DNA of 64,000 bases from Pseudomonadota bacterium (GCA_023426365.1 JAFAAW010000040.1:2814-66813), one strand, 5' to 3'. Positions 10,319-20,358 are shown, numbered from the stretch's first letter. Made by a program: numbers and translations. Notes: generated from the letters alone by a model not told the origin.

Positions 10319-11431
10319 TTGAGCGATTCCGACGCCCCCCTGCTCACCACGCCGCTTGATGCGCTGCATCGCGAACTGGGGGCCAAGATGGTTCCCTTCG
10401 CCGGCTATGCCATGCCGGTGCAGTACCCGGCCGGCATCCTGGCCGAGCACCTGCACACCCGCGCGGCGGCCGGATTGTTCGACGTCTCGCACATGGGCCA
10501 GATCACCATCGAGGGCGCCGACCCCGCCGCCGCGCTGGAGGCCCTGGTGCCCGGCGACGTCGCGGGGCTGGGGCCGGGCTGCACCCGCTATAGCGTATTC
10601 ACCAACGACCAGGGCGGCATCCTGGACGACCTGATGATCAGCCGGCTGTCGCCCACCAAGCTGTTCCTGGTGGTCAACGCCGCCTGCAAGGCCCAGGATT
10701 TCGCCCATCTTCGCGCCAATCCGGGCGGCTGCGAGGTGCGCATGCTCGAAGACCGGGCGCTGCTCGCGCTGCAAGGCCCCAAGGCGGCGGACGCGTTGGC
10801 CGGCCTGGCCCCGGCATCCGTGGGCCAGGGTTTCATGACCATTCGCGAATACGACGTGGCGGGCATCCCCTGCCTGGTCACCCGCTCGGGCTACACCGGC
10901 GAGGACGGCTTCGAGATTTCCGCCCCCGCCGACCGCGCCAAGGAACTGGCCCGCGCCCTGCTGGCGCTGGACGGCGTCCGCCCCATCGGCTTGGGCGCGC
11001 GCGATTCCCTGCGCCTGGAGGCGGGGCTGTGCCTGTACGGGGCCGATATCGACACCGCCACCACGCCGGTGGAAGCCAACATCCAGTGGATCATCGGCAA
11101 GCGGCGGCGCGAAGGCGGCGGCTTTCCCGGCGCGCCGGTCGTGCTGCGGCAACTGGCCGACGGCCCCCTCCGCCGCCGCGTCGGCATCAGGCCCGATGGC
11201 AAGGCTCCCGCCCGCGCCCACACCCCGATCACCGACCTGGACGGCAACCCCATCGGCGAGATCACCTCGGGCGGGTTCGGCCCGTCGGTCAACGGCCCCG
11301 TCGCCATGGGCTACGTGCCGGCTGCCTTCGCCAAGCCGGGCACGCCGGTCCGTCTGGTGGTGCGCGGCAAGGCGCTGGACGCCCGCGTGGTCGCGCTGCC
11401 GTTCATCCCCCATCGCTATTTCAAAGGGTAA
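10319..11431 (+). CDS. gcvT: Glycine cleavage system T protein (aminomethyltransferase)
   Basis: [55 protein letters not shown] start with GGAGG RBS. Confidence 0.97.
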   Translation: MSDSDAPLLTTPLDALHRELGAKMVPFAGYAMPVQYPAGILAEHLHTRAAAGLFDVSHMGQITIEGADPAAALEALVPGDVAGLGPGCTRYSVFTNDQGGILDDLMISRLSPTKLFLVVNAACKAQDFAHLRANPGGCEVRMLEDRALLALQGPKAADALAGLAPASVGQGFMTIREYDVAGIPCLVTRSGYTGEDGFEISAPADRAKELARALLALDGVRPIGLGARDSLRLEAGLCLYGADIDTATTPVEANIQWIIGKRRREGGGFPGAPVVLRQLADGPLRRRVGIRPDGKAPARAHTPITDLDGNPIGEITSGGFGPSVNGPVAMGYVPAAFAKPGTPVRLVVRGKALDARVVALPFIPHRYFKG

Positions 11432-11442
11432 GGGAAAGATCC

Positions 11443-11820
11443 ATGAGCATGCTGCGCTTCACCAAGGATCACGAATGGATCAGGGTTGACGGCGACATCG
11501 CCACCGTCGGCATCACCGACTATGCCCAGAAGGCGTTGGGCGACGTGGTGTTCGTCGAGGTTCCCGAATCCGGCCGGCAGGTATCCCGGGGTGACGACGC
11601 CGCCGTGGTGGAATCGGTCAAGGCCGCCAGCGAGGTCTATGCCCCGGTGTCGGGCACGGTGACCGAGGGCAACGCCGCCCTGGCCGACAACCCGGCGCTG
11701 GTCAACGAAAGCCCCGAGGATGCGGCCTGGTTCTTCCGCCTTCGGCTCTCCAACCCGGCCGAGCTGGACGAGTTGATGGACCGCGCGGCTTACGACGAAT
11801 ACGTCGGCGGCCTGGAATAA
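11443..11820 (+). CDS. gcvH: Glycine cleavage system H protein
   Basis: [24 protein letters not shown], lipoyl-lysine motif VESVKAASE. Confidence 0.97.
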   Translation: MSMLRFTKDHEWIRVDGDIATVGITDYAQKALGDVVFVEVPESGRQVSRGDDAAVVESVKAASEVYAPVSGTVTEGNAALADNPALVNESPEDAAWFFRLRLSNPAELDELMDRAAYDEYVGGLE

Positions 11821-11829
11821 ACCCGGGCC

Positions 11830-13179
11830 ATGCGCTACCTGCCCCATACCGATGCCGACCGGCGCGCCATGCTGGCGGCCATCGGCGCCAAGGACGTGGA
11901 CGCCCTGTTCGCGGACGTGCCCGCCGCCGCCCGTCTGGACCAGCCGCTGGACCTGCCCCGCCACCAAAGCGAGATGGAGGTGGAACGCGCCCTGACCCGC
12001 ATGGCGGGCCGGAATCTCTCGGCCGGCTGCGCGCCGTTCTTCATCGGCGCCGGACTTTACCGCCACCATGTGCCGGCCGCCGTGGACCAGTTGCTGACGC
12101 GCGGCGAGTTCCTGACCAGCTACACGCCCTATCAGCCCGAGGTGTCGCAGGGCACCTTGCAATATTTGTTCGAGTTCCAGACCCAGGTGGCCCTGCTGAC
12201 CGGCATGGATGTGGCCAATGCGTCCATGTATGACGGCGCCACCGCCTGCGCCGAGGCCGCCGCCATGGCCGCCCGCGTCACCCGCCGCAAGAAGGTGATC
12301 CTGTCGGGCAGTCTGCACCCGCATTACCGCGAAACCACCGAAACCACACTGAAATACACCGATCTGGTGACCGAGGCGCTGGCCCCCGACCCGCTGGGCA
12401 TGGAAGACCTGATCGGCCGCATCGACAGCCAGACCGCCTGCGTGATCGTCCAGAACCCGGGCTTTTTCGGCGGCATCCGCGACCTGCGCCCGCTGGCCGA
12501 GGAATGCCGCGCCGAAGGCGCGCTGCTGGTGGTCGCCGTCGCCGACCCGGTATCCTTGGGCCTGATCGAGCCGCCGGGCGCCATGGGCGCCGACATCGTG
12601 GTGGCCGAGGGCCAGTCGCTGGGCATGGGCCTGCAATTCGGCGGCCCCGGCCTGGGCCTGTTCGCCACCCGCGACAAGTACGTGCGCCAGATGCCGGGCC
12701 GTCTGGCCGGCCAGACGGTGGATGCCGACGGCAAGCGCGGTTTCGTGCTTACGCTGTCCACCCGCGAACAGCACATCCGCCGCGAAAAGGCGACCAGCAA
12801 CATCTGCACCAATTCGGGGCTGTGCGCGCTGGCCTTCACCATGCATCTGACCCTGCTGGGCGAAACCGGCCTGACCCGGCTGGCCGAGTTGAACCACGCC
12901 AACGCGGTGCGGCTGGAGACCAAGCTGAAGCGGGTCAAGGGCACCCGGGTGCTGGGCAATTCCTATTTCAACGAGTTCGCGTTGTACCTGGGTGAGGACA
13001 AGGACGCCGCCGACGTGGTGGACGCCCTGGCCGATCGCGGCATCTTGGGCGGCGTGCCGGCGTCGCGCTTTTATCCGGAATGGCCCGAATTGCGGCCCAT
13101 CCTGCTGCTGGCCGCCACCGAGACCAACAGCGAGTCCGACATGGACACGCTGGTTGCCGCCTTGACCGAGGTGCTTTGA
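11830..13179 (+). CDS. gcvPA: Glycine dehydrogenase subunit 1
   Basis: [51 protein letters not shown]. Confidence 0.97.
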   Translation: MRYLPHTDADRRAMLAAIGAKDVDALFADVPAAARLDQPLDLPRHQSEMEVERALTRMAGRNLSAGCAPFFIGAGLYRHHVPAAVDQLLTRGEFLTSYTPYQPEVSQGTLQYLFEFQTQVALLTGMDVANASMYDGATACAEAAAMAARVTRRKKVILSGSLHPHYRETTETTLKYTDLVTEALAPDPLGMEDLIGRIDSQTACVIVQNPGFFGGIRDLRPLAEECRAEGALLVVAVADPVSLGLIEPPGAMGADIVVAEGQSLGMGLQFGGPGLGLFATRDKYVRQMPGRLAGQTVDADGKRGFVLTLSTREQHIRREKATSNICTNSGLCALAFTMHLTLLGETGLTRLAELNHANAVRLETKLKRVKGTRVLGNSYFNEFALYLGEDKDAADVVDALADRGILGGVPASRFYPEWPELRPILLLAATETNSESDMDTLVAALTEVL

Positions 13180-13181
13180 CC

Positions 13182-14690
13182 ATGGCCGAAACCACCACAT
13201 TCACCGGCAACCGCGCGCTACAGATCGAGGAGCCGCTGATCTTCGAACTGGGCAGCCCGGGCCGCATGGGCATCGACCTGCCGGCGCCGCCGCCGGTGGA
13301 CGAGGACCGCCTGGCCGGCCTGCGCCGCAAGTCGGCCATCGGCCTGCCCGATTTGTCCGAGCCGCAGGCGGTGCGCCACTACACCCGGCTTTCCCAAAAG
13401 AATTACGGCATCGACACCGGCTTTTACCCGCTTGGCTCGTGCACCATGAAGCACAACCCGCGCCTGTCGGAAAAGATGGCGCGGCTGCCCGGCCTGGCCG
13501 ACCTGCACCCGTTCCAGCCGCAAAAGACGGTGCAGGGCGCGCTGGAGGTCATCGACACCCTGGCCGGCTGGCTCAAGGGCCTGACCGGCATGCCGGCGGT
13601 GGCCATGAGCCCGGCGGCCGGCGCCCATGGCGAATGGTGCGGCCTGATGGCGATCCGCGCCTATCACGACGACCACGGCGAGAACCACCGCCGCCGCGTG
13701 CTGGTGCCCGAATCGGCGCACGGCACCAACCCGGCGACGGCGGCCATGTGCGGCTATGGCGTCGATCCGGTGCCCGCCAACGACCGCGGCCGGGTGGACG
13801 TGGCCGCGCTGAACGCCAAGCTGGGGCCGGACGTCGCCTGCATCATGGTGACCAACCCCAACACCTGCGGCCTGTTCGAGGATGAGATCCTGGAGATCGC
13901 CCGGGCCACGCACGAGGCGGGCGCGTTCTTCTACTGCGACGGCGCCAATTACAACGCCATCGTCGGCCGGGTGAAGGTGGCCGACCTGGGCGTGGACGCC
14001 ATGCACATCAACCTGCACAAGACCTTCTCCACGCCCCATGGCGGCGGCGGCCCGGGCGCCGGCCCCACCGTGCTGTCGGAAAAGCTGGCCCCCTATGCCC
14101 CCCTGCCCCTGGTGGTCCACGACCACGGCGGCCTGCGTCTGGTCGAACACGCCGCCGGAAGCTCGGCCAAGCCGTTCGGCCGGGTAAAGGGCTATCATGG
14201 CCAGTTCGGCGTGTTCGTGCGCGCGCTGGCCTATATCCTGTCCATGGGGGCGGACGGCCTTTACCAGGCGTCGTCGGACGCGGTGCTGAACGCCAATTAC
14301 CTGCTGGCGCGGCTGGGCGGCGTGCTGACGCCGTCCTTTGACGGGCCGTGCATGCACGAATGCCTGTTCGACGACCGCTTCCTCAAGGAAACCGGCATCA
14401 CCACGCTGGATTTCGCCAAGGCCCTGATCGACGAGGGCTTCCATCCCATGACCATGTACTTCCCGCTGGTGGTGCATGGCGCGCTGCTGATGGAACCCAC
14501 CGAGACGGAGTCCAAGGAGACCCTGGACGGTTATGTGGCGGTGGTGCGCGCCCTGGCCGCCAAGGCCCAGGCCGGCGGGGCCGCCGAGGATTTCAAGGCT
14601 GCTCCCAAATACACCCCGCGCCGCCGCCTGGACGAAACCCAGGCCGCCCGCACCCCGGTTCTGCGCTGGAAGCCCGGCGCCAACGCCTGA
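13182..14690 (+). CDS. gcvPB: Glycine dehydrogenase subunit 2
   Basis: YPLGSCTMKHNP, SAHGTNPATA, PLP-lysine motif HINLHKTFSTPHGGGGPG, EPTETES. Confidence 0.97.
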   Translation: MAETTTFTGNRALQIEEPLIFELGSPGRMGIDLPAPPPVDEDRLAGLRRKSAIGLPDLSEPQAVRHYTRLSQKNYGIDTGFYPLGSCTMKHNPRLSEKMARLPGLADLHPFQPQKTVQGALEVIDTLAGWLKGLTGMPAVAMSPAAGAHGEWCGLMAIRAYHDDHGENHRRRVLVPESAHGTNPATAAMCGYGVDPVPANDRGRVDVAALNAKLGPDVACIMVTNPNTCGLFEDEILEIARATHEAGAFFYCDGANYNAIVGRVKVADLGVDAMHINLHKTFSTPHGGGGPGAGPTVLSEKLAPYAPLPLVVHDHGGLRLVEHAAGSSAKPFGRVKGYHGQFGVFVRALAYILSMGADGLYQASSDAVLNANYLLARLGGVLTPSFDGPCMHECLFDDRFLKETGITTLDFAKALIDEGFHPMTMYFPLVVHGALLMEPTETESKETLDGYVAVVRALAAKAQAGGAAEDFKAAPKYTPRRRLDETQAARTPVLRWKPGANA

Positions 14691-14710
14691 ACCGGCACGC
14701 CGGAAAAAAA

Positions 14711-14782
14711 GACACGGATGGACACGGATAAACACCGATGGGTTTTATCCGTGTGCGCCGCAGGCGCCCGTATACATCCGTG
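14711..14782. repeat. Tandem 10-mer repeats with inverted copies (palindromic intergenic element)
   Basis: GACACGGATG, GACACGGATA and AACACCGATG at 14711-14740, followed by inverted copies TTATCCGTGT (14745-14754) and CATCCGTG (14775-14782), between convergent genes. Confidence 0.75.
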
Positions 14783-14802
14783 CCACCCAACGTCCTTGGA
14801 GC

Positions 14803-15594
14803 TTACCGCTTGGCCTTGGTGGTGCGGTTGATGCGGGTGGTGCGGCGCTCCTTCGGTTCCTCGCCCGGCTGTTCGGGGTCGGCCGCCAGGGCCAGACGCG
14901 AGGGCGCGTCCTTGAGCTGGGTCCACACCAGGGCGAAATAACCGGCGACCACCACCACGTTCAGCGCGTGCAGCAGTTCCAGCACCAGCGACACCGTGCT
15001 TTGGCCGGCATTGGGGGCGAAGTCGACGAACAGCCCCTTGGCGATCTCGCCCGCCAGCATGAACGGCAGATTGATCACCACATAGCCCAGGCCCACGGCG
15101 ATGCCGGCGGTCAGCACCATTTCCTGCAGCTTGGTGCCGGCCAGGTCCTTCCACTTGCCCAGCGCCAGTTGCGGCAGGATCAGGAACAGGCCGCCGATCA
15201 GCAACTGGAACAACTGGATGCCGGTGCGGGTATAGACCTCGGCGTTGGGCGTGTCCTTGAGCAGCAGGCCGAACAGGATGGTGGGCGCCAGCTCGAAACC
15301 CTGCAGCAATTGCAGGATGATCATCCACAGGATCATGCGCGGCGCCATCTGCAGCGGCGTCAGATCCTCGCCTTCGGCCAGCAAGCGCTGCCAGAAGAAG
15401 CCCATGGCGGTGATCGCCAGGGTGGGCAGCATCAGCGCCACCGGCGCCAGCGCCGACGACCCGCCCGCGCCCAGCAGGTGGCCGCCCGCCACCAGGGCCA
15501 GACCCGGCAGCATGATGGCGGCGGCCGCCACCGGCCGGGCGACGGTCATACGGAAGGCGTCGATGATTTGCGGCGCATAACGGGTCAGGCTCAT
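14803..15594 (-). CDS. Hypothetical integral membrane protein (about 6 TM segments)
   Basis: Several hydrophobic segments, basic C-terminal tail, coding bias; start at MSLTRY. Confidence 0.75.
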   Translation of the reverse strand: MSLTRYAPQIIDAFRMTVARPVAAAAIMLPGLALVAGGHLLGAGGSSALAPVALMLPTLAITAMGFFWQRLLAEGEDLTPLQMAPRMILWMIILQLLQGFELAPTILFGLLLKDTPNAEVYTRTGIQLFQLLIGGLFLILPQLALGKWKDLAGTKLQEMVLTAGIAVGLGYVVINLPFMLAGEIAKGLFVDFAPNAGQSTVSLVLELLHALNVVVVAGYFALVWTQLKDAPSRLALAADPEQPGEEPKERRTTRINRTTKAKR

Positions 15595-15726
15595 GGGACA
15601 CCCTGCTGGAAAACGGGGCGCCACTGTACCTTGTGATGGCGCGACCGCCTAGACCGTGCTTCCACGATAACGCGCGCCGTCCCGCGCCCGGCGCGGGCGG
15701 GGCCGGGATGGGGCAAACCGGCGAAC

Positions 15727-16452
15727 CTAGCGGTTGAGTTCGAAATAGCCGCGCGCCAGCATGATCTGGCGCACCAGCTCGTCCGGCGGGATGGGCTTGG
15801 GCAGCACCCTGGATGCCCCCATCTGGCGCACCGCCTCCAGCACACGCTCGTCCCTTTCCGCGGTCAGGATCAGCACCGGCTTGCGGCACGAGCGGTTGGC
15901 GCGGTCGCCGCGCAATTGCCGCAGGAAGTCCTCGCCGCCCATGGTGTCCATGTGCAGGTCGCACAGGATGACGTCGGGGTCCACGTCCGGCTGGCGCAGC
16001 ATGTCCAGCGCCTCCTTGCCGTTGCGCGCTTCGTAGAACTTGCTGAGACGGGCCTTCGCCAGCGATTTGCGCACGATGGCGCGCACCATTTCCTGGTCGT
16101 CCACCACCATGACATGCAGGCCCGGCTCCCCCACCTGCATGGTCAGGGCGGCGCCGTCCTTGTACTTTTCCACCAGCTTGTTGGCGGCGCGCGGCAGCGG
16201 CACCTTGTGGTCGCGACAATACTGGGTCAGCGCCTGGCCCACCTCCTCGCACGAGAAGGCGACGCGGGTGGGCACCGAACCGCGCGTCTGCGAGGGGAAG
16301 GTGACCAGCAGCGCCACATCCTGACCTGGCTCGAAGTGCAGGTGATCGGGGGGCGTGTCGGGCAGCGGCTTGTCGTTGCGCTCGCCGAAGCGGCGCATGG
16401 CATCCAGGAAATCAGCCCGGGGAAAGACGATGACGCGGCGTTCCAGAATCAT
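15727..16452 (-). CDS. Response regulator: unrecognised N-terminal domain plus C-terminal CheY-like receiver
   Basis: C-terminal VMVVDD...VILCDLHMDTMGG...LILTA...LPKPI receiver motifs; about 110-aa N-terminal domain; start MILERR (alternative TTG at 16485). Confidence 0.85.
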   Translation of the reverse strand: MILERRVIVFPRADFLDAMRRFGERNDKPLPDTPPDHLHFEPGQDVALLVTFPSQTRGSVPTRVAFSCEEVGQALTQYCRDHKVPLPRAANKLVEKYKDGAALTMQVGEPGLHVMVVDDQEMVRAIVRKSLAKARLSKFYEARNGKEALDMLRQPDVDPDVILCDLHMDTMGGEDFLRQLRGDRANRSCRKPVLILTAERDERVLEAVRQMGASRVLPKPIPPDELVRQIMLARGYFELNR

Positions 16453-16555
16453 CCGATCGACCCCCGCCACCCACGTTGCATCCAATCTTAATAATCGGCG
16501 GGGCTTAGCAGTACCAGAGACGGGTTGTGACTTTTTGCTGTTTATCCCTTCAATC

Positions 16556-16665
16556 CCAGAGCCTTTGGCACTCCGACACGGTCAGGGGCACAATGCGGCA
16601 GGCCCCCGCAGGGGCCGCCAGGGCAGAGTCTGACGATGGGTCCGCCTGGGTGGAGCGGTCTCTAG
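16556..16665. repeat. Degenerate copy of a short interspersed MITE-like repeat (copy A)
   Basis: Aligns by eye end to end with 44992-45122 (GAGC.TT..GC...CCGAC.C.GTCAGGG...ATGCG...CCCGCAGGGG.CGCCAG...GATGG.TCCG..TG...GGA.C..TCTC.AG); termini CCAGAG...CTCTAG. Confidence 0.7.
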
Positions 16666-17171
16666 GCCGCAAGGCTGCGAAGGACCGATTTGGCGGCATC
16701 GCCGGCCAGCGAGTAATAGATGTGACTGCCCTTGCGACGGCACGACACCAGGCCATCGGCACGCAGGCGAGCCAGATGCTGGGACAGCGCCGACGGCTGC
16801 AAGCCGGTGGTGCGGCCCAGGTCGCCGGCGCACCGCTCGCCGTCGCTCAGTTCGCGCAGCACCTTCAGCCGGTGGGGATTGCCCATGGCCTGCAACAGGC
16901 GGGCGGCGCGGCCCAGGTCGAATTCGCGCTCACCCGATTCGAACACCCGCGGCAGCACCCCGGCGCGGCGCAGTTCGGCCAGCGCCTCTTCGGCCTCGGC
17001 GCGGCTGAGGTAAAGGTCGGCGTCCAGCGCCCGATCCTGCAATTCACGGGCGGTCAGCGCCAAGGTCGGCCCGGAGAACACCAGCCCCGCCACCGTGACC
17101 CGCTGCGGGGTGGGAGCCAGACGGGCGCGGCGCAGGGCCTGGATACCTTCGTGCATTCCGGTGGTGGTCAT
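16662..17171 (-). CDS. ArsR/SmtB-family regulator with an N-terminal degenerate Fur/Irr-like winged-helix domain
   Basis: C-half AARLLQAMGNPHRLKVL...ERCAGDL...PSALSQHLARLRADGLVSCRR...IYYSL is an ArsR HTH. N-half LRRARLAPTPQR...LTAREL...LSRA...LRRAGVL resembles the Fur/Irr N-domain. AGGAG RBS. Confidence 0.85.
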   Translation of the reverse strand: MTTTGMHEGIQALRRARLAPTPQRVTVAGLVFSGPTLALTARELQDRALDADLYLSRAEAEEALAELRRAGVLPRVFESGEREFDLGRAARLLQAMGNPHRLKVLRELSDGERCAGDLGRTTGLQPSALSQHLARLRADGLVSCRRKGSHIYYSLAGDAAKSVLRSLAA

Positions 17172-17193
17172 GGGGAGTCTCTCCTGCCTCGAT

Positions 17194-17218
17194 ATGCGAA
17201 AATGATAATCATTCGCAT
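17194..17218. promoter_or_regulatory. Fur-box-like operator
   Basis: AATGATAATCATT (17201-17213) is identical to the core of the Fur consensus GATAATGATAATCATTATC and sits within the palindrome ATGCGAA...TTCGCAT, about 25-45 bp upstream of the 17171 start. Confidence 0.8.
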
Positions 17219-17324
17219 GAAGAAGGCAAGCGGGAATCGCATGCTACCCCCCATTCCGCCGGCCAGCCCAGGCCATCCCCGCCGCCCACGGCGGAGGGCG
17301 GATGGAAGCGCGCGGCATCGCGGA

Positions 17325-17669
17325 TCAGTGTTTCTTGCGCTCGTTCAGCAATTGGCGTCGCGCTTCGTGCAGCAGATGGGCCAGCTTTTCGCGGATTTCG
17401 TGGGCGCCCACCTTGCCATGCAGGTCGCGGGTCAGGCGGCCGACCACGCGATCCTCGGCATCGGCGCCCGCCCCCTGGCGGGCCTGCGCGTCGGCGCCGG
17501 GACCGGTGCCATGGGCCAGTTCGCGGGCGTAGTCCTGGGCGGCGTGGCCGATCAGGCCGAGCAGTTCGGCCGCCCACATTCCCGCCATGCGATCGCGATG
17601 GTGACGCGCCTGGCTGTCAAGGTCGGGCGCCGGGTTGGCAGCCGTGGCTTTGTTGCGGTCGAACAGCAT
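17325..17669 (-). CDS. DUF1476 / ATP synthase inhibitor zeta-subunit-like protein (divergent)
   Basis: [23 protein letters not shown]...EDRVV.RL..DL...HEIREKL..LL.EARRQL follows the zeta-subunit pattern; GGAGG RBS. Confidence 0.75.
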   Translation of the reverse strand: MLFDRNKATAANPAPDLDSQARHHRDRMAGMWAAELLGLIGHAAQDYARELAHGTGPGADAQARQGAGADAEDRVVGRLTRDLHGKVGAHEIREKLAHLLHEARRQLLNERKKH

Positions 17670-17973
17670 GGGAGACCTCCCATCGGACTGGACGTTGGCT
17701 TCAGTGTACTCTCAAGCGGGTAGCAGCAAAAGCACCACCGACTGCATACCTCGGGCATGGCGCCCGCGCGGCTTGCCCAGCACGCCAGCGCGCCTTGATC
17801 GAAACGCCCGCGCGGCGTGCCGGGCACGCCGCCGCCCCCGCTCGCGCCGCCCTTCCGCCTGGGTTCCGAGCGGCCCGGCGGGCGGGATGTGGGCGGGGCC
17901 TTGCTCCGCCCTTTCCAAATGCCGCTCAAGGCCCTATGTTCCGGCAGGTTCCGACAGGCCCTTGAAAAGTGAC

Positions 17974-19776
17974 ATGACCAAGCTCGACCACATCCGCAAC
18001 TTCGCCATCATCGCCCATATCGACCACGGCAAGTCGACCCTGGCCGACCGCCTGATCCAGCAATGCGGCGCCATCGAAGCGCGCGAGATGAAGGACCAGA
18101 TCCTCGACTCGATGGATATCGAGCGCGAGCGCGGCATCACCATCAAGGCCCAGACGGTGCGCCTCAACTACAAGGCCAAGGACGGCAAGATCTATCAGTT
18201 GAATCTGATGGACACCCCCGGCCACGTGGACTTCGCCTACGAGGTCAGCCGTTCGCTGGCCGCCTGCGAAGGCTCGATCCTGGTGGTGGACGCCAGCCAG
18301 GGCGTCGAGGCGCAGACGCTGGCCAACGTCTATCAGGCGCTGGACGCCGGCCACGAGATCGTGCCCGTGCTCAACAAGATCGACCTGCCGGCGGCCGAAC
18401 CCGAGCGCGTCAAGGAGCAGATCGAGGACGTGATCGGCCTGGACGCGTCCGACGCGGTGATGATCTCGGCCAAGTCGGGCATCGGCATCGAGGACGTGCT
18501 GGAGGCCCTGGTCACCCGCCTGCCGCCGCCGGTGGGCGACGACAAGGCCGAGCTGCAGGCGCTGCTGGTGGATTCCTGGTACGACGCCTATCTGGGCGTC
18601 ATCATCCTGGTGCGCGTGAAGAACGGCGTGCTCAAGCGCGGCCAGAAGATCCGCATGATGGCCTCGGGCGCCGCCTACGAGGTGGATTCGGTCGGCTACT
18701 TCACCCCCAAGATGGTCAAGTGCGACGCGCTGTATCCGGGCGAGATGGGCTTCATCACCGCCGGCATCAAGGCGGTGGCCGACACCAACGTGGGCGATAC
18801 CATCACCGACGACAAGAAGCCCGCGCCGGTGGCGCTGGCCGGCTTCAAGCCCAGCGTGCCGGTGGTGTGGTGCGGCCTGTTCCCCATCGACGCCGCCGAT
18901 TACGAGGATCTGCGCGACTCTCTCGCCAAGCTGCGCCTGAATGACGCCAGCTTCCAGTACGAGCCGGAAACCTCGCTGGCGCTGGGCTTCGGCTTCCGCT
19001 GCGGCTTCCTGGGCCTGCTGCACCTGGAGATCATCCAGGAGCGCCTGGAGCGCGAGTTCAACCTGGACCTGATCACCACCGCGCCCAGCGTGGTGTACCG
19101 CATCCACATGACCAACGGCGAGGTGATGGAGCTGCACAATCCGGCCGACATGCCGGATCAGGCCCGCATCGACCACATCGACGAGCCGTGGATCAAGGCC
19201 ACCATCATGGTGCCCGACGAGTATCTGGGGCCGATCCTGCAATTGTGCACCGAGCGGCGCGGCCAGCAGATCGACCTGACCTATGCCGGCAACCGCGCCA
19301 TGGCGGTCTACAAGCTGCCGCTGAACGAGGTGGTGTTCGACTTCTACGACCGCCTGAAATCCATCAGCCGCGGCTATGCCAGCTTCGATTATGAAATCGA
19401 CAGCTACGCCGAAAGCGATCTGGTCAAGGTCTCGATCCTCGTCAACCAGGAGCCGGTGGACGCGCTGGCCTTCATCTCGCACCGCGCCAATTCCGAAAGC
19501 CGCGGCCGCAGCATCTGCCTGCGCCTCAAGGAACTGATCCCGCGCCAGATGTTCCAGATCGCCATCCAGGCCGCCATCGGCGGCCGCATCGTGGCGCGCG
19601 AAAGCATCAGCGCGCTGCGCAAGGACGTGCTGGCCAAGTGCTATGGCGGCGACGTCAGCCGCAAGCGCAAGCTGCTGGAGAAGCAGAAGGAAGGCAAGAA
19701 GCGCATGCGCCAGTTCGGCAAGGTGGAAATCCCGCAATCCGCCTTCCTGGCCGCGCTCAAGATGGGCGACGACTGA
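17974..19776 (+). CDS. lepA: Translation elongation factor 4
   Basis: [74 protein letters not shown]. Confidence 0.99.
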   Translation: MTKLDHIRNFAIIAHIDHGKSTLADRLIQQCGAIEAREMKDQILDSMDIERERGITIKAQTVRLNYKAKDGKIYQLNLMDTPGHVDFAYEVSRSLAACEGSILVVDASQGVEAQTLANVYQALDAGHEIVPVLNKIDLPAAEPERVKEQIEDVIGLDASDAVMISAKSGIGIEDVLEALVTRLPPPVGDDKAELQALLVDSWYDAYLGVIILVRVKNGVLKRGQKIRMMASGAAYEVDSVGYFTPKMVKCDALYPGEMGFITAGIKAVADTNVGDTITDDKKPAPVALAGFKPSVPVVWCGLFPIDAADYEDLRDSLAKLRLNDASFQYEPETSLALGFGFRCGFLGLLHLEIIQERLEREFNLDLITTAPSVVYRIHMTNGEVMELHNPADMPDQARIDHIDEPWIKATIMVPDEYLGPILQLCTERRGQQIDLTYAGNRAMAVYKLPLNEVVFDFYDRLKSISRGYASFDYEIDSYAESDLVKVSILVNQEPVDALAFISHRANSESRGRSICLRLKELIPRQMFQIAIQAAIGGRIVARESISALRKDVLAKCYGGDVSRKRKLLEKQKEGKKRMRQFGKVEIPQSAFLAALKMGDD

Positions 19777-19802
19777 CCGCCGCCGCACCGTCTTGATGCC
19801 TG

Positions 19803-19849
19803 AAAAACGAAAGGCCGCCGGATCCGCCCGGCGGCCTTTTTCGTTGTTT
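19803..19849. terminator. Bidirectional intrinsic terminator
   Basis: AAAGGCCGCCGG-loop-CCGGCGGCCTTT with A and T tracts on both sides, between convergent lepA and the 19906..20199 gene. Confidence 0.88.
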
Positions 19850-19905
19850 CGGTCGTTCGGCCGTGCGGTTGCGCGCCCAGGGGCGCAAGCCGCCGCCCGG
19901 CGCCG

Positions 19906-20199
19906 TCAGGAGCGGCGGAAGCGGAACCGCTTGGCGCGCTTGCGGCATCCCACCAGCAAGGCGGTGCCCATGACGCCCATCACCACCCAGGCGGGGGTGT
20001 CGAGCAAGGCTTCCTCGAGCGAGCCGACCAGGGACACCCCTTCGCCGAATTCCGGTTCGCCGCCTGTCAGCAGGGTGTACACGTCGGCTGTGATGATCCC
20101 GACATATTCGGCCGGCCCCAACGCCATAACCGCATCGACGGACGCCATGATGACGGTCAAGCCGATCAGCACCCACCCCAACAGACGACCGAACAGCAT
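19906..20199 (-). CDS. Small hypothetical membrane protein (2 TM segments)
   Basis: MLFGRLLGWVLIGL...PAWVVMGVMGTALLVGCRKRAKRFRFRRS; GAGG RBS before ATG 20199. Confidence 0.7.
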   Translation of the reverse strand: MLFGRLLGWVLIGLTVIMASVDAVMALGPAEYVGIITADVYTLLTGGEPEFGEGVSLVGSLEEALLDTPAWVVMGVMGTALLVGCRKRAKRFRFRRS

Positions 20200-20329
20200 C
20201 CTCGACTCCGGCCTTATAGACAGCGACTTTCGTTTGGTTGCTAAGGTTTGCACCCGAGTTGAATAAAATTCAACGGTTTTCCGACTCGTCGTGGTTGCAC
20301 GATACATGCGCCGGCCTGAAAAAGTGGGG

Positions 20330-20358
20330 TTGCGGCCTGCCCCTGCTTTGTGTATTTT
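20330..20358 (+). promoter_or_regulatory. Putative sigma70 promoter of tRNA-Ser
   Basis: TTGCGG-N17-TATTTT followed by a GC-rich discriminator, upstream of the tRNA. Confidence 0.55.

Noticed and set aside
11830..14690. Glycine dehydrogenase split in two ORFs as a possible frameshifted pseudogene
   Set aside because: Both halves have normal starts and sizes of the known two-subunit GcvPA/GcvPB form.
14711..14782. CRISPR array
   Set aside because: Units are 10 bp, contiguous, without spacers, and no cas genes are present.
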